63,528 nt of DNA. Source: an uncultured Mycoplasmatota bacterium (GTDB taxonomy: Bacteria; Bacillota_I; Bacilli_A; RF39; UBA660). The notes under the pieces were generated by a model, which was not told where the DNA came from, did no database searches, and was given only the letters and a program-made list of their open reading frames with translations. This document shows, piece after piece, positions 10,307 through 20,046 of this stretch. The stretch's first letter is position 1; the number at the start of each line of letters is the position of its first letter. The translations under genes were made by a program, and so were the position numbers. The DNA is taken from contig URBY01000002.1 in NCBI GenBank assembly GCA_900546245.1, positions 1 through 63,528 of the forward strand. Reading direction: 5' to 3'.

Positions 10307-11149
10307 ATGCTAAAGAAAATATTAAAGGTAACTGCAGTCTTATTATTAGTAGGATTTAGTTTCTTTTATACTGAAAAAGTAACAATTATCGCTAGGAATT
10401 CCGATCCTATAATGAGAGCCATTAAAGAAGAAGAAAAAGATAAAAAAATATCAAATGTAAATCCAATCGTAAATAAAGATGAATACAAAACTGGTATAAA
10501 TGGCTGCGAGATAGATGTAGATGAAAGTTATAGCAAAATGAGAAGTGTTGGTGAGTTTAAAGAAGAATTAATTGTTATGAAAGAGGTTTCTAATAATAAA
10601 GATTTAACAAATAAATATGTAATTGGTGGAAATAACAAAGATAAAAAAGTTTCATTAATATTTTTTGTTAACAAAGATATAAATAATGATTTAACTAATT
10701 ATATAAATGAAAAAGATATAAAAGTAAATTATTTTATAGATGGTAAATATTTAGAAGAAAATCTAATTACAGTAAAATTTTTATCAGAAAATAATAATAT
10801 ATATTATTTAGGAATGGACGATAAATATAGTGATGAATATATGCTTTATCATAATAATTTAATAGGCATGAATGGTACTAATGAATCAAAATACTGTTTT
10901 ACAAATGATAAAAATGATGAAACTTTAAAAATATGTAATGATTATAATATGATTACAATTAAATCAGATGTTATTAAGGATAATGTTTATAAAACTATTA
11001 AAGATAAACTAAATAATGGTGTAATATTTGCAGTTGATTCAGATAATATAGATGAAATTAAAGTATCAATTAATTATATACTATCAAAAGGATATAATAT
11101 TGTATCATTAGAAGATTTATTATCAGAAAAAAATGGTTGTAATATGTAG
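10307..11149 (+). CDS. Membrane-anchored NodB/polysaccharide-deacetylase-like protein, catalytic motifs not evident
   Basis: N-terminal TM. The central KKVSLIFFVN...IKVNYFIDGKYLEEN pattern resembles the deacetylase core, but no TFDDG or His motifs are present. AGGTGA RBS before the ATG at 10307. Confidence 0.3.
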   Translation: MLKKILKVTAVLLLVGFSFFYTEKVTIIARNSDPIMRAIKEEEKDKKISNVNPIVNKDEYKTGINGCEIDVDESYSKMRSVGEFKEELIVMKEVSNNKDLTNKYVIGGNNKDKKVSLIFFVNKDINNDLTNYINEKDIKVNYFIDGKYLEENLITVKFLSENNNIYYLGMDDKYSDEYMLYHNNLIGMNGTNESKYCFTNDKNDETLKICNDYNMITIKSDVIKDNVYKTIKDKLNNGVIFAVDSDNIDEIKVSINYILSKGYNIVSLEDLLSEKNGCNM

Positions 11150-11199
11150 AATCTTTTTAGATTCTTTTTTTTGTGGTATACTTTTCTTGGTGATTACTT

Positions 11200-13431
11200 A
11201 TGAAAAAAACAGAATTATTGTCTCCTGCAGGTAACTTAGAAACATTAAAAGTAGCAGTTCAAAATGGTGCGGATGCTATTTATATGGCAGGTAAAAAATT
11301 TGGTGCAAGAGCATTTTCAGAAAATTTTAATGATGATGAAATAATAGAGGCAATTAATTATTGCCATTTATATGGTGTTAAAATTTATATAACTATTAAT
11401 ACAATTGTTTATGATTATGAAGTAGAAGACTTTATTAACTATGTAGATTTTATATATAAAAATGGAGTAGATGCTGTTATAATTCAAGACTTAGGTATGG
11501 CAGATTTAATACATAAAACATTTCCAAATTTAGAAATGCATGCTTCAACACAGATGAATGTTCATAATATTAATGGGCTTAAATTCCTAAAAGAACTTGG
11601 ATTTAAAAGGGTAGTACTTGCTAGAGAAGTCCCTATAGAAACTATTAAAAAAATGAAAGAAGAAGTTGATATAGAACTTGAAGTATTTGTCCATGGTGCT
11701 TTATGTATATCTTGTTCTGGAGAATGTTACTTTAGTTATTTTGAATGTAATAGAAGTGGTAATAGAGGTAAATGTGCACAGGTTTGCAGACAGCCATATA
11801 CATTATTAAATGGTGATAAAAAGGTAGAATTAGAAGATAAATATTTACTTAGTCCAAAAGATTTATGTACTATAAATAATTTAGATGATTTAATTAAAAT
11901 AGGTGTAGATAGTTTCAAAATAGAAGGAAGAATGAAAAGTAAAGAATATGTTGGGCTAGTTACTAGATGTTATAGAAATAAAATAGATTATGATAAAGTA
12001 AGTGATAAAGATATTACTAATATGAAAAAGGTATTTAATAGAGGATTTACTTTAGGTAATCTATATAGTAAAAGAGCAAAAGAATTTATTAATGGATTTA
12101 GACCTAATCATTTAGGTGTATTGATTGGTGAAGTAATTGATTATAAAAAAGGAAAAGTAAAAATAAAACTATCTGATTATATAAATCAAGGTGATGCAGT
12201 TAGATTTATTCAAAATAATGAAATAGGATTTTATTTAAATAGAATATATAAAAATGACTTACTTGTTAATGGTGCTAAAAAAGGTGAAATTGTAGAATTT
12301 GATTCAAAAGAAGAAATAAAAAAAGAAACTAAGGTTTATAAAACAATAGATATAAAATTAAATAATTATATAAATGAAACAAGTATTAATTTAAGAAAAG
12401 TATTAATAGATGGAGAATTTAAAGTACAAAATAATAAAATTATATTTACTGTTACAGATAAAGAAAATACAGAAAAAATTATTCTTAATGATTCTGTTTT
12501 TAAAGCAAAAAACAAACCTACTTTAGAAAGTGATATAAAAGAAAAATTAAACAAACTTGGTAATGATATTTATGTATTTGATAATTTAAAAATAGATATT
12601 CCTTCTGATATATTTATACCAATGACTACTATTAATAATCTTAGAAGAGATATTTTAAAAAAAATAACAGATGATAGAATTAGAGTAAAAAATAATTATC
12701 AAAAGAATAATGTAATATTAAATAAATCAGGAATAAAAATTACAAATGATATATTTTTTGAAGTACAAAATAAAGAACAACTAGAATATATTTTAGAAAA
12801 TACAGATTATAAGTGTTATGTAAATAATGTAGTACTATACTCACAATATAAAAATAATGATAGAGTAATATTTAAAATGCCTAGAATTAATAATTCAAAT
12901 ATTAAAAATGAAAATACTTTAATTTCAGAAATAGGTGAAATCACAAAAAATACTATTACTGATACATATTTTAATGTTGTTAATTCATATTATGTAAATT
13001 TTCTTTATAATAAAGGTGTAAAAAAGGTAACACTTTCATATGAACTTACAATAGAAAATATTGAAAATCTTATCAAAAATTATAAGAATAAATATGATGA
13101 AGAACCTAATTTAGAAGCTGTTATTTATGGAAAACCAGAACTTATGATAAGTAAGTATTGTCTTTTAAATACATATGTAAATAAAGAAAAAATATGTAAT
13201 GAGTGCGCTAAAGATTATTATCTAGTAGATAAATATAATAAAAAATTTCCTATTAGAAGTGAAAATTGTTATATGAAAATACTTAATTATAAAGATATTA
13301 ATTATTTAGATAAAATAGATAAGTTACAAAGTATTGGAGTTACTAATTATAAGATAATACTTGATAGAGAAAACATAGAAGAAATAAAATTAATTATAAG
13401 TGCTTTAAAAATAAAAGAAAATATATTATAA
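11200..13431 (+). CDS. Peptidase U32 family protein (long form with C-terminal extension)
   Basis: N-terminus ELLSPAGNLETLKVAVQNGADAIY..., the E..VHGALC.S.SG.C motif and a cysteine cluster are typical of U32. Confidence 0.85.
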   Translation: MKKTELLSPAGNLETLKVAVQNGADAIYMAGKKFGARAFSENFNDDEIIEAINYCHLYGVKIYITINTIVYDYEVEDFINYVDFIYKNGVDAVIIQDLGMADLIHKTFPNLEMHASTQMNVHNINGLKFLKELGFKRVVLAREVPIETIKKMKEEVDIELEVFVHGALCISCSGECYFSYFECNRSGNRGKCAQVCRQPYTLLNGDKKVELEDKYLLSPKDLCTINNLDDLIKIGVDSFKIEGRMKSKEYVGLVTRCYRNKIDYDKVSDKDITNMKKVFNRGFTLGNLYSKRAKEFINGFRPNHLGVLIGEVIDYKKGKVKIKLSDYINQGDAVRFIQNNEIGFYLNRIYKNDLLVNGAKKGEIVEFDSKEEIKKETKVYKTIDIKLNNYINETSINLRKVLIDGEFKVQNNKIIFTVTDKENTEKIILNDSVFKAKNKPTLESDIKEKLNKLGNDIYVFDNLKIDIPSDIFIPMTTINNLRRDILKKITDDRIRVKNNYQKNNVILNKSGIKITNDIFFEVQNKEQLEYILENTDYKCYVNNVVLYSQYKNNDRVIFKMPRINNSNIKNENTLISEIGEITKNTITDTYFNVVNSYYVNFLYNKGVKKVTLSYELTIENIENLIKNYKNKYDEEPNLEAVIYGKPELMISKYCLLNTYVNKEKICNECAKDYYLVDKYNKKFPIRSENCYMKILNYKDINYLDKIDKLQSIGVTNYKIILDRENIEEIKLIISALKIKENIL

Positions 13432-13451
13432 TCATAATAGAGGTAGATAAT

Positions 13452-13895
13452 ATGAAAATGAAAGAAAAGGGTTTTACAATAGTAGAATTATTAACAGTTT
13501 TTGCAATACTTTCAATAATTCTTGGAATGGTAGTAGTAAATGTTAATAATTATTCAAGTAAACAAAGAGAAAAAGATTATGAAAATTTAGTTAAAATAAT
13601 AGAAGAAAATGCAAAAGTACTTGTTAATAAAAATGAAGATTTATTTGTTGGTGTAACAAATAACGCCTCAAGTAAAGTTATTGATGTAAATGGTAATACA
13701 TTAAATGGTTGTAAATTTTCTTATGATTTATTAGTAGATAATAAATTGATGGATGAAGATACAGTAAATCCAGTGGACAATAAAGCATTTTATAATAATA
13801 ATTATTCAATAATCACAACATTATCTGATAAAGGAACATATAATTATGAACTAAAACAAAATGCAAATAATAGTTATACTAAATGTATAAATTAA
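13452..13895 (+). CDS. Type IV pilin / pseudopilin-like protein (prepilin N-terminal cleavage-methylation motif)
   Basis: KGFTIVELLTVFAILSIILG: a G/F cleavage site with Glu at +5 and a hydrophobic helix. Confidence 0.75.
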   Translation: MKMKEKGFTIVELLTVFAILSIILGMVVVNVNNYSSKQREKDYENLVKIIEENAKVLVNKNEDLFVGVTNNASSKVIDVNGNTLNGCKFSYDLLVDNKLMDEDTVNPVDNKAFYNNNYSIITTLSDKGTYNYELKQNANNSYTKCIN

Positions 13896-13982
13896 AAATA
13901 TATTTTTAATTTATAAAATATGTTATTTTATTTAAGCGTTTAAGTTATCTTTTCATATATTAAAATGAAGAGGTAACTTTTT

Positions 13983-14560
13983 ATGTCTTGTCAAAATTTT
14001 GAAGAAATAAAGAAAAATTTAGAATTAAGTAAAAATTTGAGAAAACTTGGAATTTGTTTAGTAGTTATTGGACCTACTGGACCAACGGGTATGACAGGTA
14101 CTCAGGTAGAAATTGTGCCTATAGGACCAACAGGTGCTCAAGGTATTCAAGGTGAAACAGGACCAACAGGTCCTAGTGGAACAGTGCCACTTTCATCAAA
14201 TGAGGGAATAGTTCATGCAAGTTTTCTTGAAAATGAAGATACTGGTGTTATGCGTTTTGATAATACCTGGTTTGTACCTAATCCATCAGAATATTTTAAA
14301 TTATTAGATAATTCACATATAGAAGTTGAACCAGGTATTTACAAAATATCATTTTCTTGCTATATAACAGGTGTTGATGCTGATCATGGTATAGAAGTTT
14401 ATTTGATGGATGATACAGGAGCTGCTATTCAAGAGTAATACTATTCAGATTTGAAAAAATAGCTGTATTAAGTGTATCAGTGGTATTAATCGGTGATAAA
14501 GGTACATCTAATGTAAAAGTCTCAGATACAAATTTAGTTTTAGAAAAAATACATGAATAA
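13983..14560 (+). pseudogene. Collagen-like triple-helix repeat protein with BclA-type C-terminal domain, frameshifted near 14414-14438
   Basis: GPTGPTGMTGT...GPTGAQGIQGETGPTGPSGT G-X-Y repeats. The ORF stops at 14438. The +2 frame continues open from 14414 to the TAA at 14558-14560 (VILFRFEKIAVLSVSVVLIGDKGTSNVKVSDTNLVLEKIHE), and a terminator follows directly. Confidence 0.65.
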
Positions 14561-14567
14561 AAAATTA

Positions 14568-14599
14568 AAGACAAATGCTTTTAAAATTTGTCTTTTTTT
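14568..14599 (+). terminator. Rho-independent terminator
   Basis: AAAGACAAAT...ATTTGTCTTT hairpin plus a T-run. Confidence 0.7.
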
Positions 14600-14650
14600 G
14601 TTATAATATTAATGCTTATTTCTTTAGTAAAAAAATGAAAGGAGAAAATA

Positions 14651-16297
14651 ATGAGTAAAATTAAAATTTTTAGTTTAGGCGGACTTAATGAAAGCGGAAA
14701 AAATATGTATGTTGTTGATGTTGATAATGACTTATTTATTTTTGATGCAGGACTTAAGTATGCTGATGATAAAATGCTTGGTGTTGATTATATAATACCT
14801 GATTTAAAGTTTTTGAAAGATAATTTAAAAAGAATAAAAGGTATATTTATAACACATGCACATGAAAAATATATGGGTGCAGTAAGTGATATTGTTAAAA
14901 ATATTCCTAGTATAAAAGTTTATGCAACTAAATTTACTGTGGATATTCTAAAAAAAGAGTTTGAAGATAACAATATTAAATATAATAATTTACATTTAAT
15001 AAGCGCTCATAAAAATATTAAATTTGGTAAAAATAGTATTTTTCCGGTTAGTTTAACACATTCAGTACCAGATACTGTTGGATATGTTTTAAATACATCT
15101 GATGGCGCTATTTGTTATACTGGTAATTTTGTATTTGATTCTAGTATGACTGGTTCATATAAAACAGATATTGGTAAACTTGCTTATATTGGTAAACAAG
15201 GAGTATTATGTCTTTTAAGTGAATCAGAATATGCTGATAGGCCAGGATATACAACACCAAATAATAGAATTGCAAATGATGTAAGAGATGCACTTTTACA
15301 TAACGAAGGTAGAATAATATTTACTGTATTTACAAATCATATATCAAGACTTCAAGAATTATTTAATGAAGTAGCTAAAACTCATAGAAAAGTAGTAGTT
15401 ATGGGAAAAAGAATGCAAACATTAATTAATTATGTAATTGATGAAGGATATGTAAATTTTGATAAAGAACAAATTGGTAATTTAAATAATCTAAATGATA
15501 GAGATGCAATTATATTAATATCTAATGAAAACGAAAAACCATATGTAAATTTAGATAGAATTGTAAACGGATATGATAAATATGTTAAAATAAATCCTAG
15601 TGATACAATCTTTTTCTTAGAGCCTGTTCAAGTAGGTATGGAGAAAAAGGCTGCTAAAATAACAGATGAAATAAGCAAATTAGGAGCAAATGTTATAACA
15701 TTATCAAGTAAGAATCATTTATTAAATCATGCATCACAAGAAGATTTAATGTTAATGCTTAACTTAATGAATCCAAAATATTATTTTCCAGTAATTGGTG
15801 AATATCGCCATCAAGTAGAAAATGCTAATATAGCATCTAGTATAGGTATGGATAAAAATAATATAATACTTAAACTTAATGGTGAGGTTGCTACATTTGT
15901 AGATGGAAAATTAACAGAAGATAAAGAAATCGTTAAGATTGATGAATTATTAATAGATGGTAACTCAACTCAAGATATTGGTGAACTTGTACTTAAAGAT
16001 AGAGAACTTTTAAGTGATAATGGGATAGTTATAATATGTGCTACATTAAATAGAAAGACTAAAGAAATAGAAGCTGGACCAGAAATATTAACAAGAGGAT
16101 TTATTTATGTAAAAGAAAATAATGAAATAATTGAAAAAATGAAAGAAATTTCTCTTGAAGTTATTAATTCAAATATTAGTGATAACTATGTTGAATTTAA
16201 TAAAATCAAAAATGGTATTCGTGAAGAATTAGGTAAATATTTATTTAGTGAAACAGAATGTAAACCAATGATAATTACAGTAATAACAGAGATATAG
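14651..16297 (+). CDS. RNase J family protein with degenerate metallo-beta-lactamase active site (RNase J2-like)
   Basis: Full-length RNase J architecture (beta-lactamase, beta-CASP, C-terminal domain). However, HxHxDH reads HAHEKY (FITHAHEKYMGA), the DSTN-type motif reads SESEYA, and the late HGE motif reads IGEYRH. Confidence 0.8.
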   Translation: MSKIKIFSLGGLNESGKNMYVVDVDNDLFIFDAGLKYADDKMLGVDYIIPDLKFLKDNLKRIKGIFITHAHEKYMGAVSDIVKNIPSIKVYATKFTVDILKKEFEDNNIKYNNLHLISAHKNIKFGKNSIFPVSLTHSVPDTVGYVLNTSDGAICYTGNFVFDSSMTGSYKTDIGKLAYIGKQGVLCLLSESEYADRPGYTTPNNRIANDVRDALLHNEGRIIFTVFTNHISRLQELFNEVAKTHRKVVVMGKRMQTLINYVIDEGYVNFDKEQIGNLNNLNDRDAIILISNENEKPYVNLDRIVNGYDKYVKINPSDTIFFLEPVQVGMEKKAAKITDEISKLGANVITLSSKNHLLNHASQEDLMLMLNLMNPKYYFPVIGEYRHQVENANIASSIGMDKNNIILKLNGEVATFVDGKLTEDKEIVKIDELLIDGNSTQDIGELVLKDRELLSDNGIVIICATLNRKTKEIEAGPEILTRGFIYVKENNEIIEKMKEISLEVINSNISDNYVEFNKIKNGIREELGKYLFSETECKPMIITVITEI

Positions 16298-16365
16298 AAA
16301 AGTAATAAATGCTTTTCTATTTTTCTTTTCTATGATATAATTTTATTAGAGAGTAGGCGTGTAAC

Positions 16366-18636
16366 ATGGCAAAAAAGAAACAAAAGAAAAAAGAAAATAA
16401 TTCTGGCTTTAAATATCCAATAGAGATAAAGGGTATTGTTTTTATCGTTATTGCAATTATTGGCTTTTTAGGATTTAAAGCAAATATTCTTGGAACGATT
16501 ATCAAAGGATTTGCAATGTTTTTAATGGGATCATTTGATTTTATAGTATTATTAATAATGCTTATTTCAGGTTTTTATATGCTTGTTAAAAGAGAAAATC
16601 CTAAATATTTTTCATCTAGAATGATAGGAATATATATTTTTTTAGTGGGTTTATTATCACTTGCTCATTTAAACTATTTAGATGTAAATAGTACTTTCTT
16701 TGATACAATGAAAAATACAATAGATGAAGTAATAAAATGTATTAATACTAAGGTAAGTTTTGCTGGTGGTGGAGTAATAGGTGCATTCTTTATATCAATA
16801 TTTTATTACTTACTTGGTAAGATGGGAAGTATAATAGTTATTAGTGTACTTATGTTAATTGGTGTTATTTTAGTATCAGATTTATCTATTAGTGATGCAA
16901 TTAGTAAAATAAGAGAAAAATTAAAGAGAAAGAAAGAAACATCTAATGAAGAAGATGATGAATATGAAAATGAAGAAGATGAAGAAGACTATGATGAAGA
17001 AACTGGTGAAGTAATAGATAAAAAAGCAAAAAGAAAAGCAGAAAAAGAAAAAATTAAACTAGCTAAAGCAAAAAAACTTTCTTATATAGAAGAAGATGAT
17101 GAAGAAGAGGAAGAAGTCATTCCTAAAAAACAAGAAGAAAAAAAGGAAGAAACTCCTGCTTCTAATAAGTATTTAAATTATGTACTTCCAGATCTTAGTA
17201 TACTAGATGCTGGTGATAATAATTCTAAGAAAAAAGGTCAAGCAAAAAATGAAGCTATGATTTTAGATAATGCTAAAAGACTAGATGGTGTACTTAGAGA
17301 CTTTGGTATAACAGCAAAAGTAAAAACTGCCCACGTTGGACCATCAATCACACAGTATGAATTAGAAGTTAAATCAGGAACAAAAATTAGTAAAATTAAA
17401 GCATTAAGTAGTGAAATTGCTCTTGCACTAGCAGCAACAGATGTAAGAATACAAGCACCTATTCCAGGCAAAAGTACTGTTGGTGTTGAATTACCTAATA
17501 AAATATCTACAGGTGTATCATTCTATGAAATGATGCAAGAACTTTTAAAAGAAAATTCTGATAATAAACTTCGTGTTGCACTTGGTAAAGATATAATGGG
17601 ACAACCTATATTTATGGATATTAATAAAACACCACACCTTTTAATCGCAGGATCAACTGGTTCAGGTAAATCAGTATGTGTTAACTGTATTATAAGTTCA
17701 ATACTTATGAGAGCAAAGCCAGATGAAGTTAAATTAATAATGGTTGACCCTAAAAAGGTTGAACTTACTATGTATAACTGTATTCCGCATTTATTAATGC
17801 CAGTTATAACAGATCCTAAGAAAGCATCAGCAGCACTTCAAAAAGTTGTTGATGAAATGGAAAAAAGATATGAATTATTTAGTGATTCAAAAACTAAAAA
17901 TATAGAAGGTTATAATGCTAAATTAAGAGCACAAAATGAATTATTACCAGTAGAATCGCAAAAACCATTATTACCTTATATTGTAGTATTAATTGATGAA
18001 CTTGCTGATTTAATGTTAGTTGCATCAAAAGAAGTAGAACAATCAATAATGAGAATTACACAAATGGCTAGAGCTGCAGGTATACATTTAATAGTAGCAA
18101 CTCAAAGACCGTCAACAGATGTAATTACAGGTGTTGTAAAAGCAAATATACCATCTCGTATATCATTTGCGGTATCATCTCAAATAGATTCAAGAACAAT
18201 ACTAGATCATCCTGGTGCTGAAAAATTACTAGGTAAAGGTGATATGCTTTATGCACCAATGGGAGCAACTTCTCCAACAAGAATACAAGGTGCATTTATT
18301 TCAGAAGAAGATGTTGAAAAGATTGCAAATAAAACAATTGAACAACAAAAAGCAGTATATGATGAAAATTTTATGAAACTTGATGAAGTTGGAAGTAAAA
18401 CAAGTATTGATAAAGATGATGTTGATAATGATGACCCATTATATAATGATATAGTTGAGTTTGTTATATCAACTAGAAAGGCAAGTGCATCATTACTTCA
18501 AAGAAGATTTAAACTTGGGTATAACAGAGCAGCAAGAATAATTGATTTACTTGAAGAAAGAGGTATTATTGGACCTGCTAATGGATCAAAACCAAGAGAA
18601 GTATTAGTAGATAATGACGAAGAAGATGAAGAATGA
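16366..18636 (+). CDS. ftsK: DNA translocase FtsK/SpoIIIE
   Basis: N-terminal TM segments, an acidic linker, Walker A GSTGSGKS, and a gamma wHTH domain (LLQRRFKLGYNRAARIIDLLEERGIIG). Confidence 0.95.
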   Translation: MAKKKQKKKENNSGFKYPIEIKGIVFIVIAIIGFLGFKANILGTIIKGFAMFLMGSFDFIVLLIMLISGFYMLVKRENPKYFSSRMIGIYIFLVGLLSLAHLNYLDVNSTFFDTMKNTIDEVIKCINTKVSFAGGGVIGAFFISIFYYLLGKMGSIIVISVLMLIGVILVSDLSISDAISKIREKLKRKKETSNEEDDEYENEEDEEDYDEETGEVIDKKAKRKAEKEKIKLAKAKKLSYIEEDDEEEEEVIPKKQEEKKEETPASNKYLNYVLPDLSILDAGDNNSKKKGQAKNEAMILDNAKRLDGVLRDFGITAKVKTAHVGPSITQYELEVKSGTKISKIKALSSEIALALAATDVRIQAPIPGKSTVGVELPNKISTGVSFYEMMQELLKENSDNKLRVALGKDIMGQPIFMDINKTPHLLIAGSTGSGKSVCVNCIISSILMRAKPDEVKLIMVDPKKVELTMYNCIPHLLMPVITDPKKASAALQKVVDEMEKRYELFSDSKTKNIEGYNAKLRAQNELLPVESQKPLLPYIVVLIDELADLMLVASKEVEQSIMRITQMARAAGIHLIVATQRPSTDVITGVVKANIPSRISFAVSSQIDSRTILDHPGAEKLLGKGDMLYAPMGATSPTRIQGAFISEEDVEKIANKTIEQQKAVYDENFMKLDEVGSKTSIDKDDVDNDDPLYNDIVEFVISTRKASASLLQRRFKLGYNRAARIIDLLEERGIIGPANGSKPREVLVDNDEEDEE

Positions 18637-18709
18637 TTCATCTTTTTTTGTTTATAGGAATATTTTGATAATTTACCTTTTTTCTTTTACCAACAGGAAT
18701 AAAAATCTC

Positions 18710-18740
18710 TTGACAAAACACTTCTGGGGGGGGGTATACT
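18710..18740 (+). promoter_or_regulatory. Promoter (TTGACA ... TATACT) with a G9 homopolymer in a 19-nt spacer
   Basis: TTGACA at 18710-18715, G9 at 18726-18734, and TATACT at 18735-18740. Lies 35 nt upstream of the pilin-like gene start. Confidence 0.6.
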
Positions 18741-18774
18741 TAATATAGTAAGTAGAAAGTAGAGGGAGTAATAA

Positions 18775-19905
18775 ATGAATAAAAATAAGGGATTTACATT
18801 AATAGAGTTATTAGCTGTAATAGTCTTGCTTGCAATTCTTATGGTAATAGCAGTACCAAAAATATTAAATGTAATAGAAAATTCTAGGAAAAGTGCAACA
18901 GAAAGCAGTATTAAACTAGTAAAAGATGCGATAAAAACGCAAGTAACATCTGGAAGTATAATGGGAACAAATTTTACAAGTGATGAAAGTGGATGTTATA
19001 CATTTAACTTTGATGATCAAACAAGTGGCAACGCAAAGGAGTTACAATTAAAAAATAAAGAAAATATAACAGGAACAATAAAATATTGTAATGGAAATTT
19101 TACGAATAATACACTTTCCTTTGATGGACAAGATATGAGTAGTATAGTATGTAAAAGAGCAACCACATTACATACAGAAAATTGTACACAAACAGATAAT
19201 ACATATTATTGTTCAGGAGCAGGTTTCGCAGGAAAAACTATAACATATGGAACAGTACCAGGTAAAGAATTAAAATCAGGAGATGCATTTGATTGTGATG
19301 TAAATGGCGATGGAACATATGATGAAAATACAGAAAGATTTTATTATGTAACAGATATGAATGATAGTACAGCAGTATTAATATACTATAATAATGTATC
19401 AAAAGGAAAACCAAGTGATAGCACAACATATGCATATGATAAAAGTGGAAAAAATAATAATGGGCCTGTGACAGCAATAGAACAACTACCAAGTATAAGC
19501 AATTGGGAAAATATTAGTTTAATAAATAGTGAGAGATCATTAATGACTGAAACAGGAATGACTAGTACTGCAGCAGGTCCTTTACCAAATAATTTTAATT
19601 ATGCAGAAAAGGCAGCAAGATTACTTACTGTTCAAGAATTAAATAAAGCATGTAATATAACTGTAGAAAATATGACAAGAGGAGAACTAGATAAATGCAA
19701 TTTCTTACTTGAAAATACAAAATATTCAAAAGCTGATAAAGGAAATTGGGGATATTGGTTAGAAAATCCTCGTACTGAATATTCTGATCCAGTATGGGCT
19801 GTATATGGTTGTAGTCGCAATGTTAATAATTTTTCAGTTGATAATTATAATGATATTGGAGTTCGTCCAGTTATTGAAGTTCTAAAATCTAACATAAAAT
19901 ATTAA
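18775..19905 (+). CDS. Large type IV pilin-like protein with Cys-rich C-terminal domain
   Basis: KGFTLIELLAVIVLLAILMVIAVP prepilin motif. The 376-aa protein ends in a ...WGYWLENPRTEY...IGVRPVIEV motif, reminiscent of a surface-protein domain common in Firmicutes (recalled as DUF6273-like). Confidence 0.7.
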   Translation: MNKNKGFTLIELLAVIVLLAILMVIAVPKILNVIENSRKSATESSIKLVKDAIKTQVTSGSIMGTNFTSDESGCYTFNFDDQTSGNAKELQLKNKENITGTIKYCNGNFTNNTLSFDGQDMSSIVCKRATTLHTENCTQTDNTYYCSGAGFAGKTITYGTVPGKELKSGDAFDCDVNGDGTYDENTERFYYVTDMNDSTAVLIYYNNVSKGKPSDSTTYAYDKSGKNNNGPVTAIEQLPSISNWENISLINSERSLMTETGMTSTAAGPLPNNFNYAEKAARLLTVQELNKACNITVENMTRGELDKCNFLLENTKYSKADKGNWGYWLENPRTEYSDPVWAVYGCSRNVNNFSVDNYNDIGVRPVIEVLKSNIKY

Positions 19906-20046
19906 ATTTTAAAAAATAGTTAAAATTCGAAAAATTATATAAAAATACAAAATTTTAAAAAAGGTATAATATAATTTTTTGTTTTTTATTTACAATTTAA
20001 TTTATTAATGTTAAAATGTATTTAGAATAAAAGGGAGAGAAGAAAA

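Noticed and set aside
11200-14560. A U32 'collagenase-family' peptidase lies next to a collagen-like protein gene, suggesting a functional link.
   Set aside because: U32 members are widespread housekeeping proteins, and several are implicated in RNA hydroxylation rather than collagen degradation. The genes are separated by an unrelated pilin-like gene and by their own signals. Proximity is most likely coincidental.
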